The notes under the pieces: model-generated
What the model saw: the letters and a program-made list of their open reading frames with translations, nothing else
Told to the model about the DNA's origin: nothing
The model's database searches: none
Assembly: GCA_003483065.1 (NCBI GenBank)
Contig: DMWY01000007.1
Coordinates: 10,452 to 74,451, forward strand
Direction of reading: 5' to 3'
Length of the DNA: 64,000 nt
Source: Candidatus Moraniibacteriota bacterium
GTDB taxonomy: Bacteria; Patescibacteriota; Minisyncoccia; Moranbacterales; UBA2206
In this document: positions 29,081 to 39,173 of the stretch, one piece after another
How the letters are laid out: every line of letters starts with the position of its first letter
How positions within the stretch are numbered: the stretch's first letter is position 1
Translations under genes and position numbers: made by a program

Positions 29081-30064
29081 TCATTCTAGAAATTTCAAAA
29101 AGTATTCTTTTGGCTTCATTTCTTCTTTGATGACCATCTTCCAATCTAAATTTATTTCAGAAACTCGCGCAATCTTTCCGTCATGATGGCACAATGGATC
29201 AACCACTCGCGATTTGCAAAAAACATGTTCCTCGAAATCATTTGGATCGTTTTTAAATTCAATTTTATTATTCATTCGATTAAATAATTTTTGAAGTTTG
29301 CTATCTTCTTTTAAGTGCACATAAATTTTCGAAAGAACTGCGTCATCAGTTGTATACAAATCCTCCAAAGTAATATATTTTTTAAAAATAGCATGCTTGA
29401 TATATTCCCCCACTGATTTAAATGTCATTACCGATATCATCGCTCTGTAATATTTTTCATTTATTATTCTGAAATATTTAGCATATTTTTGCGCACTCTC
29501 AAAATCAGAAAATATCCACTGTTTATTTTCAACTTTTAAATTATTCAAAAAATATTGGACGTCATTTTTATCTGCAATTCTAAAAATAAATCCGTCTCGG
29601 AGAGAATAATCAATGCGATCTGAACAAATATCAGGTAGATTATTTTCCTTAAGCGGAAAATTTCTATCATTCAGAATATATTCCAAATCAAAATTATATT
29701 TTTTCAAAATCTTTGGCAAACTAGAATTTCTCACATAACTTTCAAGCGAATTATCTTGATGATCTTGCTTCTCTGATGAACCGTTTGAAAAATAGAAATC
29801 CCCAGCATGAGAAAAAACCGAATGTGAAACATCATGAATGAGTCCCGCGATTTGCTCATCAATTGGCGCGCCATATTTTTTGAGCAAAAGATAGTCCCCC
29901 ACTGAATGCTCAAAACGGCTATGCGCCGTTCCAGGAAAACAAACCTCGAAATAACCCATCTGATCAATGCCCTTTAATCTTTGCATTTCCGGACTATTTA
30001 TAATTTCCAAAACCACCGGCTCAGTTATTTCAAATTCTCCATAAATTCTGTCTATATATTTCAT
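29081..30064 (-). CDS. HD domain phosphohydrolase
   Basis: HSRFEHSVGDYLL...GLIHDVSHSVFSH carries the H..HD...D metal-binding motif. Confidence 0.75.
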   Translation of the reverse strand: MKYIDRIYGEFEITEPVVLEIINSPEMQRLKGIDQMGYFEVCFPGTAHSRFEHSVGDYLLLKKYGAPIDEQIAGLIHDVSHSVFSHAGDFYFSNGSSEKQDHQDNSLESYVRNSSLPKILKKYNFDLEYILNDRNFPLKENNLPDICSDRIDYSLRDGFIFRIADKNDVQYFLNNLKVENKQWIFSDFESAQKYAKYFRIINEKYYRAMISVMTFKSVGEYIKHAIFKKYITLEDLYTTDDAVLSKIYVHLKEDSKLQKLFNRMNNKIEFKNDPNDFEEHVFCKSRVVDPLCHHDGKIARVSEINLDWKMVIKEEMKPKEYFLKFLE

Positions 30065-30075
30065 AAAATAAAAAA

Positions 30076-30426
30076 TTATTTCTTCTTCATGGATTGCGTG
30101 CCACGGCGAACCATTTCCTCGGCGTAGGCATCGTAGCCTTTTTCTTTGATCATATCAATTGAAGCTTGGCGGTCGGAGCCAAAAAGAAAGCCAAAAAGTT
30201 TAGAAAAAATATTGTTGAATTTTTTGCATTCCGACGCACTTGCATAAACAGTGCAATCCGCGCAACTGACTTTGCCATTTTCTATGCAACATTTTCGAAC
30301 CGTGCACCAACTAGCCTTTTCGTTTTTCTGACACCCCAGACATTTTCCCTTTTTATATTTCCCACACTCCCCGCAATAGAGCCCGCAATAAGCAATTAAA
30401 TTTTTATCGACATTTTTTTGTTCCAT
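30076..30426 (-). CDS. DUF3795 family Cys-rich protein
   Basis: CGLYCGECGKYKKGKCLGCQ...WCTVRKCC...CADC shows the DUF3795 cysteine pattern. The internal Met at 30424-30426 is the likely start. Confidence 0.6.
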   Translation of the reverse strand: MEQKNVDKNLIAYCGLYCGECGKYKKGKCLGCQKNEKASWCTVRKCCIENGKVSCADCTVYASASECKKFNNIFSKLFGFLFGSDRQASIDMIKEKGYDAYAEEMVRRGTQSMKKK

Positions 30427-30525
30427 AGTTTTTATTAAACTTTTAAAATATTTTCCATAAATAGTTGTATTATTGTTAGGTATAGTAAATATTGACATTT
30501 TGTCAAGTGTTGCTATACTCAAATT

Positions 30526-30620
30526 AGCAACGAGATAGTCGGGACAAATTCCAGTGGAAAAGTTTCAAGCAATTGAAACTACCGATATATCTGACCTCGG
30601 CGGAGAGCCGGGGTTTTATG
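30526..30620 (+). ncRNA. Candidate small RNA (~95 nt) between a plus-strand promoter and an intrinsic terminator
   Basis: TTGACA (30492-30497), 16 nt, TATACT (30514-30519); then a 7-bp stem cctcggc/gccgggg (30595-30613) followed by TTTTATGTTTTT; no ORF between them. Class unknown. Confidence 0.25.
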
Positions 30621-31161
30621 TTTTTATAACCAATAATCCTTTTTTCTCCAATTTGGCATAATATTTAAATATTCTATCAATATTCTTTTTATCAAAATAA
30701 GATCGAGTGAGCCCAGCTACCATATCAGCCAATCTCACGCCAGCGCATTGTTCATCATTAACAGATCTAAGCTTTTTGGTTGTTATATTTTTTTCTCTTA
30801 AAATTTTCTTTATTTTTCTTTCATACCATTTTGGTTTTTTTCCATCTATAAAAATATTTTTGATATTCTTTTCTACTATCATATGCGTCAGACATTCTTC
30901 AAGTTTAATTTGTGGATTAACAGGATTTTTCACAACTGCCACTTTTGCTGAAAAATCAAGCTTCAGGGTTTCTTTTATAAATCCCTCTTTAATTTTCCAA
31001 GGAGTATTTTTCCAATGGAATTTATCAAGCCTTAAATTACTTTCAATTTCTTGTATCTTTTTTTCTACATTTTTATAATTTCTAACTTCTATATAAACCA
31101 AAGCGAATGTTGAATTATCTACTATCTTGTGAATACCTGATTCATCGATAAAAATCATCAT
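30616..31161 (-). CDS. DUF3800 domain protein
   Basis: Starts MMIFIDESG, with DEQCAGVRLADMVAG further in, as in DUF3800. Confidence 0.65.
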   Translation of the reverse strand: MMIFIDESGIHKIVDNSTFALVYIEVRNYKNVEKKIQEIESNLRLDKFHWKNTPWKIKEGFIKETLKLDFSAKVAVVKNPVNPQIKLEECLTHMIVEKNIKNIFIDGKKPKWYERKIKKILREKNITTKKLRSVNDEQCAGVRLADMVAGLTRSYFDKKNIDRIFKYYAKLEKKGLLVIKT

Positions 31162-31353
31162 AAAAATATTTTTTTATATTACGATGATATTATATCACTC
31201 TATGAAATTTTTGCAAGCCTTGAGCTGTGGATAATTTTTATCAAACAGGTATTTAAATACCTATCCACCCCTACATTTTACGCCCAAATAAAATAATTGG
31301 CAAAAAACAGGGGCTCTCTCGTTAAAAACGATAAGCCCCTAAAAAATAAAGTG

Positions 31354-31623
31354 TTATGATTTATTGAAAAAAATAAATATTTTTTCCAGTATAGTTACTT
31401 TGGTATAAACATACCTTACAACGATATCGCATACCTCCTCAGAAAAATTACGTTTAGCTATATCCTTGCGTAATTTTTCAGAATTAACCGGAGGATTATC
31501 AATCATATACTCAATTTTTTCCACATTTTGAAGTAAAAATGGTATGAGTTCTGGATTGATATTTATTTTTTTAAATTGCCTCACTAGATAATCACGATAT
31601 CTAGCTTTCTTTTTCGCTTTCAT
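31354..31623 (-). CDS. Hypothetical protein (89 aa)
   Basis: Intact ORF with its own downstream hairpin terminator (31295-31345 on the minus strand); no family recognised. Confidence 0.35.
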   Translation of the reverse strand: MKAKKKARYRDYLVRQFKKININPELIPFLLQNVEKIEYMIDNPPVNSEKLRKDIAKRNFSEEVCDIVVRYVYTKVTILEKIFIFFNKS

Positions 31624-31707
31624 TTATCCTTCCTCCTATAAAAAAGGGTTTAGATTTAAAAAAAACGAAATCCAAAGAACAAAAAAATTGTATATTAAAA
31701 AATAAAA

Positions 31708-33498
31708 TTATTTTGCTTTTCTGCCAGCTTTGATGCGATCATTTTCAGTTAGAAATTGTTTTCGAAGACGCACGGAGACTGGAGTAACTTCGAGGTATTC
31801 ATCTTCGGTCATAACTTCTAAACCTTTTTCGATGTCCAGTACCATCGGAGGAACAAGTTGAATGGCTTCATCGGCGCCAGAGGAACGCATATTACTCATT
31901 TGTTTGCCTTTGGTTGGATTAACTGACATATCAGTTCCCTTTGAAGAATTTCCAATTACCATTCCTTCATAAACTTCCATTCCCGGACCAACATAGAGCG
32001 TGCCACGTTCTTGCAAATTTGCCAAAGAAAATCCCAAAACTTTTCCAGTCGCCATAGAAATCATCGAACCAACCTCCCGTTTCTTTATCTCTCCGGCATA
32101 GGGTTGAAAACCAATCACGCGAGAAGAAAAAATTCCTTCGCCTTTGGTGTCCACCACAAACTGCCCGCGAAATCCCAAGATTCCTCGAGTCGGTGCTAAA
32201 AACAAAATTCTTGTTTGACTGCCATGCATTTGCATATCATTCATAATCCCCTTTCTCTTGCCGAGTCTTTCAATTACAGTGCCGGAAAGTTCGCTTGGCA
32301 CATCAATGGTCACTTCTTCAAATGGTTCTGATTTCACACCATCAACATCTTTTATGATAACTTGCGGTTGAGAAACTTGAATTTCATATCCTTCGCGTCG
32401 CATATTTTCCAAAAGGATTGCCACATGAAGTTCTCCGCGACCAAAAACTGTATAAAACTCAGCGGATGAAAAATCAATTTTGAGTCCCACGTTTACTTCC
32501 AATTCTTTTTCCAATCTTTCTCGAATCTGTTTGTTAGTCACAAATTTTCCTTCGCGTCCGGCAAATGGAGAATCGTTGACCATAAAACGCAAAGAAATTG
32601 TCGGTTCATCAATGGAAATTGCCGGCAAAGCTTCTTGAGTTTCATTTTCACAAATAGTTTCTCCGATATCAATCTTTGGAAATCCTGCTACCATTGCGAT
32701 GTCACCAGCATAAGCTTCTTGAACTTCCTCCTTGGCGACGCCTTTGAAAGTGTAAAGCTTGGTGATACGAGATTTTTCAATTGTGCCATCCATTTTTTTC
32801 AAGAGATATTCCTTGCCCATCTTGATTGTGCCTTCATGAATTCTTCCTACTGCTAGTCGTCCCAAAAAATTATCGTATCCCAAATTGAAAGGTTGCATCC
32901 GAAGCTCAGCAGATTTGTCAGCTTTGGCCGGTTGAACTTTTTCTAAAATCACATCCAAAAGCGGTTCCAAGTTTTTTGATTCATCATCCAAATGTGCCTT
33001 AGCAATTCCTTCTCGGCCAATCGCATAAATTGTTTCAAAATCCAATTGTTCGTCAGTCGCTCCAAGATCCATAAAAAGTTCATAGACTTGTTCTTGCGCC
33101 AAATCAGGATTAGCTGCTGGTTTATCAATTTTGTTTAGCACTACAATTGGCTTTAGCCCTAGCTCCAAAGATTTCTTGAGCACAAAGCGAGTTTGTGGCA
33201 TCGGACCCTCTTGCGCATCCACCACTAAAACAACACTGTCGATTGAGCGAAGCACTCGTTCCACTTCCGAGCCGAAATCAGCATGCCCTGGAGTGTCCAC
33301 GATGTTTATTTTCGTATCCTTATATATAACCGAAGTGTTTTTGGCGTAAATGGTAATTCCGCGTTCTTGTTCTAGCGCGTTATTATCCATCGACACATTT
33401 TCATCGCTCACCATTCCGGTTTGGCGCATAATTGCATCAGTTAGAGTTGTTTTGCCATGGTCAACGTGCGCGATAATGGCGATGTTTCTGATTTGCAT
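31708..33498 (-). CDS. typA: Translational GTPase TypA/BipA
   Basis: NIAIIAHVDHGKTTLTDAI, DTPGHADF, NKIDK; 596 aa with the BipA C-terminal domain. Confidence 0.9.
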   Translation of the reverse strand: MQIRNIAIIAHVDHGKTTLTDAIMRQTGMVSDENVSMDNNALEQERGITIYAKNTSVIYKDTKINIVDTPGHADFGSEVERVLRSIDSVVLVVDAQEGPMPQTRFVLKKSLELGLKPIVVLNKIDKPAANPDLAQEQVYELFMDLGATDEQLDFETIYAIGREGIAKAHLDDESKNLEPLLDVILEKVQPAKADKSAELRMQPFNLGYDNFLGRLAVGRIHEGTIKMGKEYLLKKMDGTIEKSRITKLYTFKGVAKEEVQEAYAGDIAMVAGFPKIDIGETICENETQEALPAISIDEPTISLRFMVNDSPFAGREGKFVTNKQIRERLEKELEVNVGLKIDFSSAEFYTVFGRGELHVAILLENMRREGYEIQVSQPQVIIKDVDGVKSEPFEEVTIDVPSELSGTVIERLGKRKGIMNDMQMHGSQTRILFLAPTRGILGFRGQFVVDTKGEGIFSSRVIGFQPYAGEIKKREVGSMISMATGKVLGFSLANLQERGTLYVGPGMEVYEGMVIGNSSKGTDMSVNPTKGKQMSNMRSSGADEAIQLVPPMVLDIEKGLEVMTEDEYLEVTPVSVRLRKQFLTENDRIKAGRKAK

Positions 33499-33774
33499 AG
33501 GTTAGTTTTATGAGATTAATTAAGAGAGTTTCTCTACAAATTACAAATTAAGTACAAATATACAAATGTACAAATAAAATCAAAAATATAAATTTCATTC
33601 GTAAATTAGTATATTTGTATAAGATTCGTAATTCGTAGAAATTAAAAAACGCTGATTTAACAGCGAAAAGTCAATCGCAACTAATTCGTATATTAGCACT
33701 AAACGATTATTCTGTCAAAATGAATAAAGAAATCACGCGTTGGCTAGCGACTTCTTGTATGGTAAAGTGAAACT

Positions 33775-34329
33775 ATGCACGAAGAAGACAAAAATCTAAT
33801 CCAAGCTTTTTTTGCGGGTGATGACGAAGCCTACGAAAAACTTTTGAAAAAATACTTGAAATCCATTTATAATTTCTTGCGCACTTTCACAGCCGATTCG
33901 GACGTGCTAGATGATCTGACGCAAGAAACATTCATCAAGGCTTGGAAAAATTTGAAAAGTTTTGACACGGAGAAAAATTTCAAAACTTGGCTTTTTGCTA
34001 TTGCCAAAAATACTGTTTATGATTTTTTCAAAAAGAAAAAGACTATCCCATTCTCTAGCTTTCTCAATGAAGAGGGTGACAATGTTTTGGAAAACATCAA
34101 AACGGAAGATATTTTGCCTTTAGAAGTCTTGGAAAAAGCCGAGCGAGAAAAAGTTTTTGAAACAAAATTAGCCCAATTGCCGACTGATTATCATGCGCTT
34201 TTGATGTTGCGCTACAAGGAAGATTTTTCCCTACAAGAAATATCAGAAATTCTTGCTATTCCCTATAACACTATAAAAAGTCGCCATTTGCGAGCATTAA
34301 CTATCCTTAAAAAAATTCTAACTCAATAA
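33775..34329 (+). CDS. ECF-type RNA polymerase sigma factor (sigma-70 family)
   Basis: Region 2 (LTQETFIKAWKNLKSF, TWLFAIAKNTVYDF) and region 4 HTH (LQEISEILAIPYNTIKSRHLRAL). Confidence 0.85.
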   Translation: MHEEDKNLIQAFFAGDDEAYEKLLKKYLKSIYNFLRTFTADSDVLDDLTQETFIKAWKNLKSFDTEKNFKTWLFAIAKNTVYDFFKKKKTIPFSSFLNEEGDNVLENIKTEDILPLEVLEKAEREKVFETKLAQLPTDYHALLMLRYKEDFSLQEISEILAIPYNTIKSRHLRALTILKKILTQ

Positions 34330-34367
34330 TTTTGCACCTTTTCTAACTCTTAAATCGTATAGAAACT

Positions 34368-34784
34368 ATGAGCAAAAAACTTGTCGGTTTATTCAAAAAC
34401 GTCTCCGAAATTAACCCCAGCGAAAAACTTGCGGGTTTGATTTTAGCAAGAATTGAAAAAATGCAAAAAAGAATATTTTGGACAAAAATTACAACTTCGA
34501 CATTTGGAGCTTTTGCGAGCGCTTCAGCCACTGTTTATCTTTTTATTATCTTCAAAGAATCCCTTCTCTTTTCAGAATTTTGGAGTATTGTTTCTTTGAT
34601 TTTTTCCGATGCCACTATCGTTGCTGTTCACTACCAAGAATTTCTATTCTCCCTTCTGGAAACCCTGCCAGCAATGACTTTTGCGATAATGTTGATTCCG
34701 ATTTTCACCTTACTGATGTCAATATATTTCATTTTTGAAATTTATAATAATCAATCTAATAAATCATATAAATATTATTTATAA
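34368..34784 (+). CDS. Putative membrane anti-sigma factor
   Basis: Immediately downstream of the ECF sigma gene; short cytoplasmic N-terminus, then three TM helices. Confidence 0.45.
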   Translation: MSKKLVGLFKNVSEINPSEKLAGLILARIEKMQKRIFWTKITTSTFGAFASASATVYLFIIFKESLLFSEFWSIVSLIFSDATIVAVHYQEFLFSLLETLPAMTFAIMLIPIFTLLMSIYFIFEIYNNQSNKSYKYYL

Positions 34785-34788
34785 AAAT

Positions 34789-35304
34789 ATGGACAGTCAA
34801 AAAATTGATATTAAGAGATCTAACGCACTAAAAATAACCCTGCTTATTGTCGGAGAAATTCTACTTTTGTTTTTGGTTTTTTCTTCAGGCATAGCAGTTG
34901 GCCTTAAGAAGGCTCATTTTTCAAATAAGTTTGCCGATAATTATGAACGCAATTTTATAGGACAACATCCCGATATGCGAAACGAAAAAAAACCAGGATT
35001 TTTCGGCAAAATGCCTCCTGAGTTTATGCGCGAAACTGAAGGTCGGGATTTTCGCAATGCTCACGGTATTGCCGGTGCCATACTTTCTATTTCCGACAGC
35101 ACTATAATCGTACTTGATCACGATAACAAAGAAAACACTATCCTAATAACAGATAAGACACTTATTAAGTCTCGTCGCGATGATTTGAGCCGAAGTGATT
35201 TGAAAACAGGCGATGAAATTGTAGTGATGGGTAGTCCAGCTGAGAATGGCACAGTAAGTGCTAGTCTTATTCGAGTTTTTAATCCTAATGACATAATGGA
35301 ATAA
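34789..35304 (+). CDS. Hypothetical membrane-anchored protein
   Basis: ATG at 34789 (MDSQKIDIK...), one TM helix, then a soluble domain; between the anti-sigma-like gene and the efflux adaptor. Confidence 0.5.
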   Translation: MDSQKIDIKRSNALKITLLIVGEILLLFLVFSSGIAVGLKKAHFSNKFADNYERNFIGQHPDMRNEKKPGFFGKMPPEFMRETEGRDFRNAHGIAGAILSISDSTIIVLDHDNKENTILITDKTLIKSRRDDLSRSDLKTGDEIVVMGSPAENGTVSASLIRVFNPNDIME

Positions 35305-35309
35305 ACAAT

Positions 35310-36482
35310 ATGAAATTTATTACTACTAAGAAAAAAATAATTGGGGTTGTTGGGATTATCATAATAACTGGGGGAAGCTATTATTGGTATAGTGCGTCAA
35401 AAACTAAAACCGCAGGAGTTCAATACAAAACTGCTGTGGTCGAAAAAGGAATGCTATCTGTTTTTGTTTCTGGTTCTGGAAATATTATTGTCGATGACAG
35501 TGCTAATATCGATCCGACTATTACCGGCACAGTCACCAATCTTTCTGTGGCTGTCGGAGATAAGGTGGAAAAAGGACAATTTCTTTTTAGCATAGAAAAT
35601 GAAGATTTAAGCGTAAATGCAAAAAAAGCCCATGTTTCATATTTACAATCATTAGCTTCGCTAGAAACAGCCAAAGCTAACAAAAAAGAAGCTAAAGAAA
35701 CTTTTGAAGATGCTGATTCGGATGATGATGAATATATTGCAAAAAAGAAATTAGAAGCAGCGGAAATTTCTGTTGCTGTTTCTGAAGAAAATATCAAATC
35801 AGCTTTGGAAAATTATCAAATTGAGAAAAATAATTATACCAAAAGAAACGTGCTTGCTTCAATTTCTGGTACAGTCAATGCTATAAACGTCAAAAATGGT
35901 GATGATCTTAGTCGGCTTTCTTCCAGTAGTAATTCTCAGGCACCAATTGTGTTGGGAGATTTAGCTACGCTCAAAGCTCAAGTGCAAGTTAATGAAGTAG
36001 ATATTTCCAATGTGAGCATTGGACAAAAAGCCACCATGACTTTCAATGGCATTGAGGGATTATCTCTCACTGGAAAAGTAGAAAAAATGGATTCGCTTGG
36101 AACATTGACTTCTGGCGTTGTCACCTACAATGTCACAATTGGTTTTGATTCGTTGGACGAAAGAATCAAACCAGCCATGAGCGTTTCCGCCTCTATAATA
36201 ACTGACGCCAAGCAAGATGTGCTCATAGTGCCAAACGGCGCTATCAAAACCCAAAATGGCCGTTCCTACGTGCAATTTTTGACTAACGGAACTCCAGAGC
36301 AAATTTCCGTAGAAATTGGTTTGTCGAATAATACTGACACGCAAATAATGAGCGGGGTTAAGGAAGGAGACAAAGTAATTACTCAAACTATAAAATCAGG
36401 TGCTGCTTCAACAACATCCGGATCTGGTGGAAGCAGTCTACGCGTCCCAGGACTTGGTGGTGGAGGTTTTCATGGAGACTAA
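35310..36482 (+). CDS. Efflux transporter periplasmic adaptor subunit (HlyD/MacA family)
   Basis: N-terminal TM, biotinyl/lipoyl-like half-motifs, coiled coil, beta-barrel; Gly-rich C-terminus. Confidence 0.8.
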   Translation: MKFITTKKKIIGVVGIIIITGGSYYWYSASKTKTAGVQYKTAVVEKGMLSVFVSGSGNIIVDDSANIDPTITGTVTNLSVAVGDKVEKGQFLFSIENEDLSVNAKKAHVSYLQSLASLETAKANKKEAKETFEDADSDDDEYIAKKKLEAAEISVAVSEENIKSALENYQIEKNNYTKRNVLASISGTVNAINVKNGDDLSRLSSSSNSQAPIVLGDLATLKAQVQVNEVDISNVSIGQKATMTFNGIEGLSLTGKVEKMDSLGTLTSGVVTYNVTIGFDSLDERIKPAMSVSASIITDAKQDVLIVPNGAIKTQNGRSYVQFLTNGTPEQISVEIGLSNNTDTQIMSGVKEGDKVITQTIKSGAASTTSGSGGSSLRVPGLGGGGFHGD

Positions 36483-36580
36483 AATTAAACACTAAAACAA
36501 CGAATGCTGACACTAAAATTAACGAATAAACAAACCCAGTTTTACTTCGTGTAAATATTAGTTCAATTCGTGTATTTCAA

Positions 36581-37291
36581 ATGATTGAATGTAAAAATCT
36601 TACAAAAATATACGGTAGTGGTGACACGAAAACCTATGCGCTAAGAGATGTTTCCTTTAGCATTAAAAAAGGTGAGTTTGTTTCTATTATCGGCCCATCT
36701 GGTTCTGGAAAATCAACTTTAATGCATATTCTTGGCGCACTAGACACCCCTACTAATGGAGAATATTCTCTAGATGGACATGAGGTTTCTGCATTAGAAG
36801 ATGATGAACTTTCTGATTTGCGAAGAAATAAAATTGGTTTCATCTTTCAATCTTTCAATCTTCTGCCAAGAACAACGGTTCTGCGAAATGTTATGTTGCC
36901 ACTCCTCTATTCTGACCTCTCTAGCACTGAAAGAGAAAAACGCGCCCGTGAATGTTTGAAATATGCCGGCATGGAAGAAAAATTATTTCAAAATCTTTCC
37001 AACCAACTTTCTGGCGGACAAATGCAACGAGTGGCTATTGCGAGAGCACTAATCAATAATCCTTCCATTATTTTAGCCGATGAACCAACTGGGAATTTAG
37101 ACACTAAAACTAGCCACCTAGTTATGGACGCTTTGCAAGAACTCAATCAAAAAGGCCACACGATAATTCTCATCACTCACGAAATGGATGTAGCTGATTA
37201 CGCTAATAGAATAATTCACATTCGCGACGGTATGGTTGAAAAAGATGTTGTCAATAATCCCCATGATAGAAGTATTAATTTTACTTTTTAA
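36581..37291 (+). CDS. ABC transporter ATP-binding protein (MacB/LolD-type)
   Basis: Walker [10 protein letters not shown], signature [15 protein letters not shown], Walker [12 protein letters not shown]. Confidence 0.9.
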   Translation: MIECKNLTKIYGSGDTKTYALRDVSFSIKKGEFVSIIGPSGSGKSTLMHILGALDTPTNGEYSLDGHEVSALEDDELSDLRRNKIGFIFQSFNLLPRTTVLRNVMLPLLYSDLSSTEREKRARECLKYAGMEEKLFQNLSNQLSGGQMQRVAIARALINNPSIILADEPTGNLDTKTSHLVMDALQELNQKGHTIILITHEMDVADYANRIIHIRDGMVEKDVVNNPHDRSINFTF

Positions 37292-37302
37292 GATAAATAA
37301 AT

Positions 37303-38523
37303 ATGAAATTCGCTGATTTATTCAAAGAAACAATTTGGTCACTTGCTGGAAACAAAGTGCGTTCCGGTCTCACAATGCTCGGCATTATCATTGGCATTGC
37401 CTCTGTAATTGCACTGGTAGCCATTGGGCAAGGCGCACAAAATTCCATCTCTAAAAATATTGAGGCTATTGGTTCAAACTTAATTTTAGTTAATCCGGGA
37501 GCACAAAGAGTGGGTGGCGTGAGTCAAGGAGGAGGCAGTGCGCAATCGCTCACCGTGGAAGATGCCAATGCGATCAAAAGTGAAATTGAAAACATCCAGG
37601 CTGTCGCTCCTGCTATTCAAAAGCGTAGCCAAGTGACGGCCAAGGGCAACAACACGAACACCCAAATTCTCGGCACAACCGCCGATTATTTGACTGTCCG
37701 TAATGTGACAATAGATTCCGGATCATTTTTTAGCGATCAACAAATGAAAACTTCCGCCAAAGTGGCTGTCATTGGAACAACAGTGCGCGATGATCTTTTT
37801 GGAACAGACGCCAACCCAATCGGACAAACTATTAGAATCAACAAGATGGATTTTCAAGTAATTGGAATGACCATCACCAAAGGCGGTAGTGGTTTTGGCA
37901 ACCAAGATGATATCATCTATATACCCTTAAACACTGCCCAGCATTATATATCTGGCAATGCAAATTTAAGTAATATTAGCATCGCTGCTACTGATCAAAA
38001 TTCTATGACTGATGTTCAACAACAAATTACCGATTTGCTTTTAGCGCGCCATAAAATTTCTGATTCTTCCAGTGCCGATTTCACTATTATGAATCAAAAT
38101 GACATCATCGCGACAGCCACTAACATCACTGGCACTTTCACAATTTTGCTTTCTTCTATTGCTGGAATTTCTCTGTTGGTTGGTGGCATCGGCATCATGA
38201 ATATGATGCTCACTACTGTCACCGAAAGAACACGTGAAATTGGTTTGCGAAAAGCTATCGGCATTAGAAAAATTTATATCAATTTGCAATTTTTGTCTGA
38301 GGCGATCGTGCTCACTTTTCTTGGTGGAGCTATCGGAATTTTTTTAGGTTGGCTAGCTTCATTAGCTGTCACTCATTTTATCAGCGCACTCACAACTAGT
38401 ATTTCTTTGTCTTCAATTTTCCTGGCTTTTGGAGTGAGCGCCGGAGTAGGAATTATTTTCGGCTTCTATCCAGCCCGTCGCGCTGCCAACCTTAGCCCAA
38501 TTGAAGCGCTAAGATATGAATAA
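37303..38523 (+). CDS. ABC transporter permease (MacB/FtsX family)
   Basis: MacB-type N-terminal TM, periplasmic domain and C-terminal FtsX TM bundle. Confidence 0.85.
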   Translation: MKFADLFKETIWSLAGNKVRSGLTMLGIIIGIASVIALVAIGQGAQNSISKNIEAIGSNLILVNPGAQRVGGVSQGGGSAQSLTVEDANAIKSEIENIQAVAPAIQKRSQVTAKGNNTNTQILGTTADYLTVRNVTIDSGSFFSDQQMKTSAKVAVIGTTVRDDLFGTDANPIGQTIRINKMDFQVIGMTITKGGSGFGNQDDIIYIPLNTAQHYISGNANLSNISIAATDQNSMTDVQQQITDLLLARHKISDSSSADFTIMNQNDIIATATNITGTFTILLSSIAGISLLVGGIGIMNMMLTTVTERTREIGLRKAIGIRKIYINLQFLSEAIVLTFLGGAIGIFLGWLASLAVTHFISALTTSISLSSIFLAFGVSAGVGIIFGFYPARRAANLSPIEALRYE

Positions 38524-38548
38524 AGATGGTATCTATTAATATTTAAAT

Positions 38549-39019
38549 CTACCCCGGACCAGAATCTTCTTGTGTCTCAAATTTTGATCTTCTGCCAAGG
38601 AAAAAAGATTTCTCAACTTTCATCCAAAAGATAAGTATCATACTAAACCAAACAGCGGAAAGAAAAATTCGCAGATCTGGAAAGATAAAGAAAAATATCC
38701 AGCCTAAAAAGGCTAGTGTTGTACAAGTTGGATGAACGCATTTTCCATAAACTCCCAGTTGAATCATCCTTCTCATTTCCGAAGCAGAATAGAGTCTAAA
38801 TTTTTTCCTTTCCCAAATGGCGCTAGGAATATAATAAACCAGAAAAATAAAAAGAAAGATGGTTAAAATAATAGCTAGAAAAGAGATATTGATATTTTTT
38901 TTGTAAAGCAAAATTCCGGCTGGAACAAAAATAAAAGCTAAGGCAACTCCGAAAATTGCGATAATCCACATATAAACGTGGGAGATAAATCTTTTTGTCT
39001 TTCCCTTTTTAGTATACAT
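38549..39019 (-). CDS. Isoprenylcysteine carboxyl methyltransferase (ICMT/PEMT) family membrane protein
   Basis: Start at internal ATG 39017-39019. LGVYGKCVHPTCTTLAFLGWIFF resembles the ICMT motif (GxYxxxRHPxYxG). Confidence 0.45.
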   Translation of the reverse strand: MYTKKGKTKRFISHVYMWIIAIFGVALAFIFVPAGILLYKKNINISFLAIILTIFLFIFLVYYIPSAIWERKKFRLYSASEMRRMIQLGVYGKCVHPTCTTLAFLGWIFFFIFPDLRIFLSAVWFSMILIFWMKVEKSFFLGRRSKFETQEDSGPG

Positions 39020-39173
39020 ATATTTCCAATAAAAATGTACTACTATTACAAAAAAACAAGCCTTATTCTTTCGGAAAGAATTATCCACAGTTTTTTGATT
39101 TGCACATATGTTGATATAATTGTATAATTTAAATGTAATACAAATATAAAAATAAATATCCACTCAAAATTTA

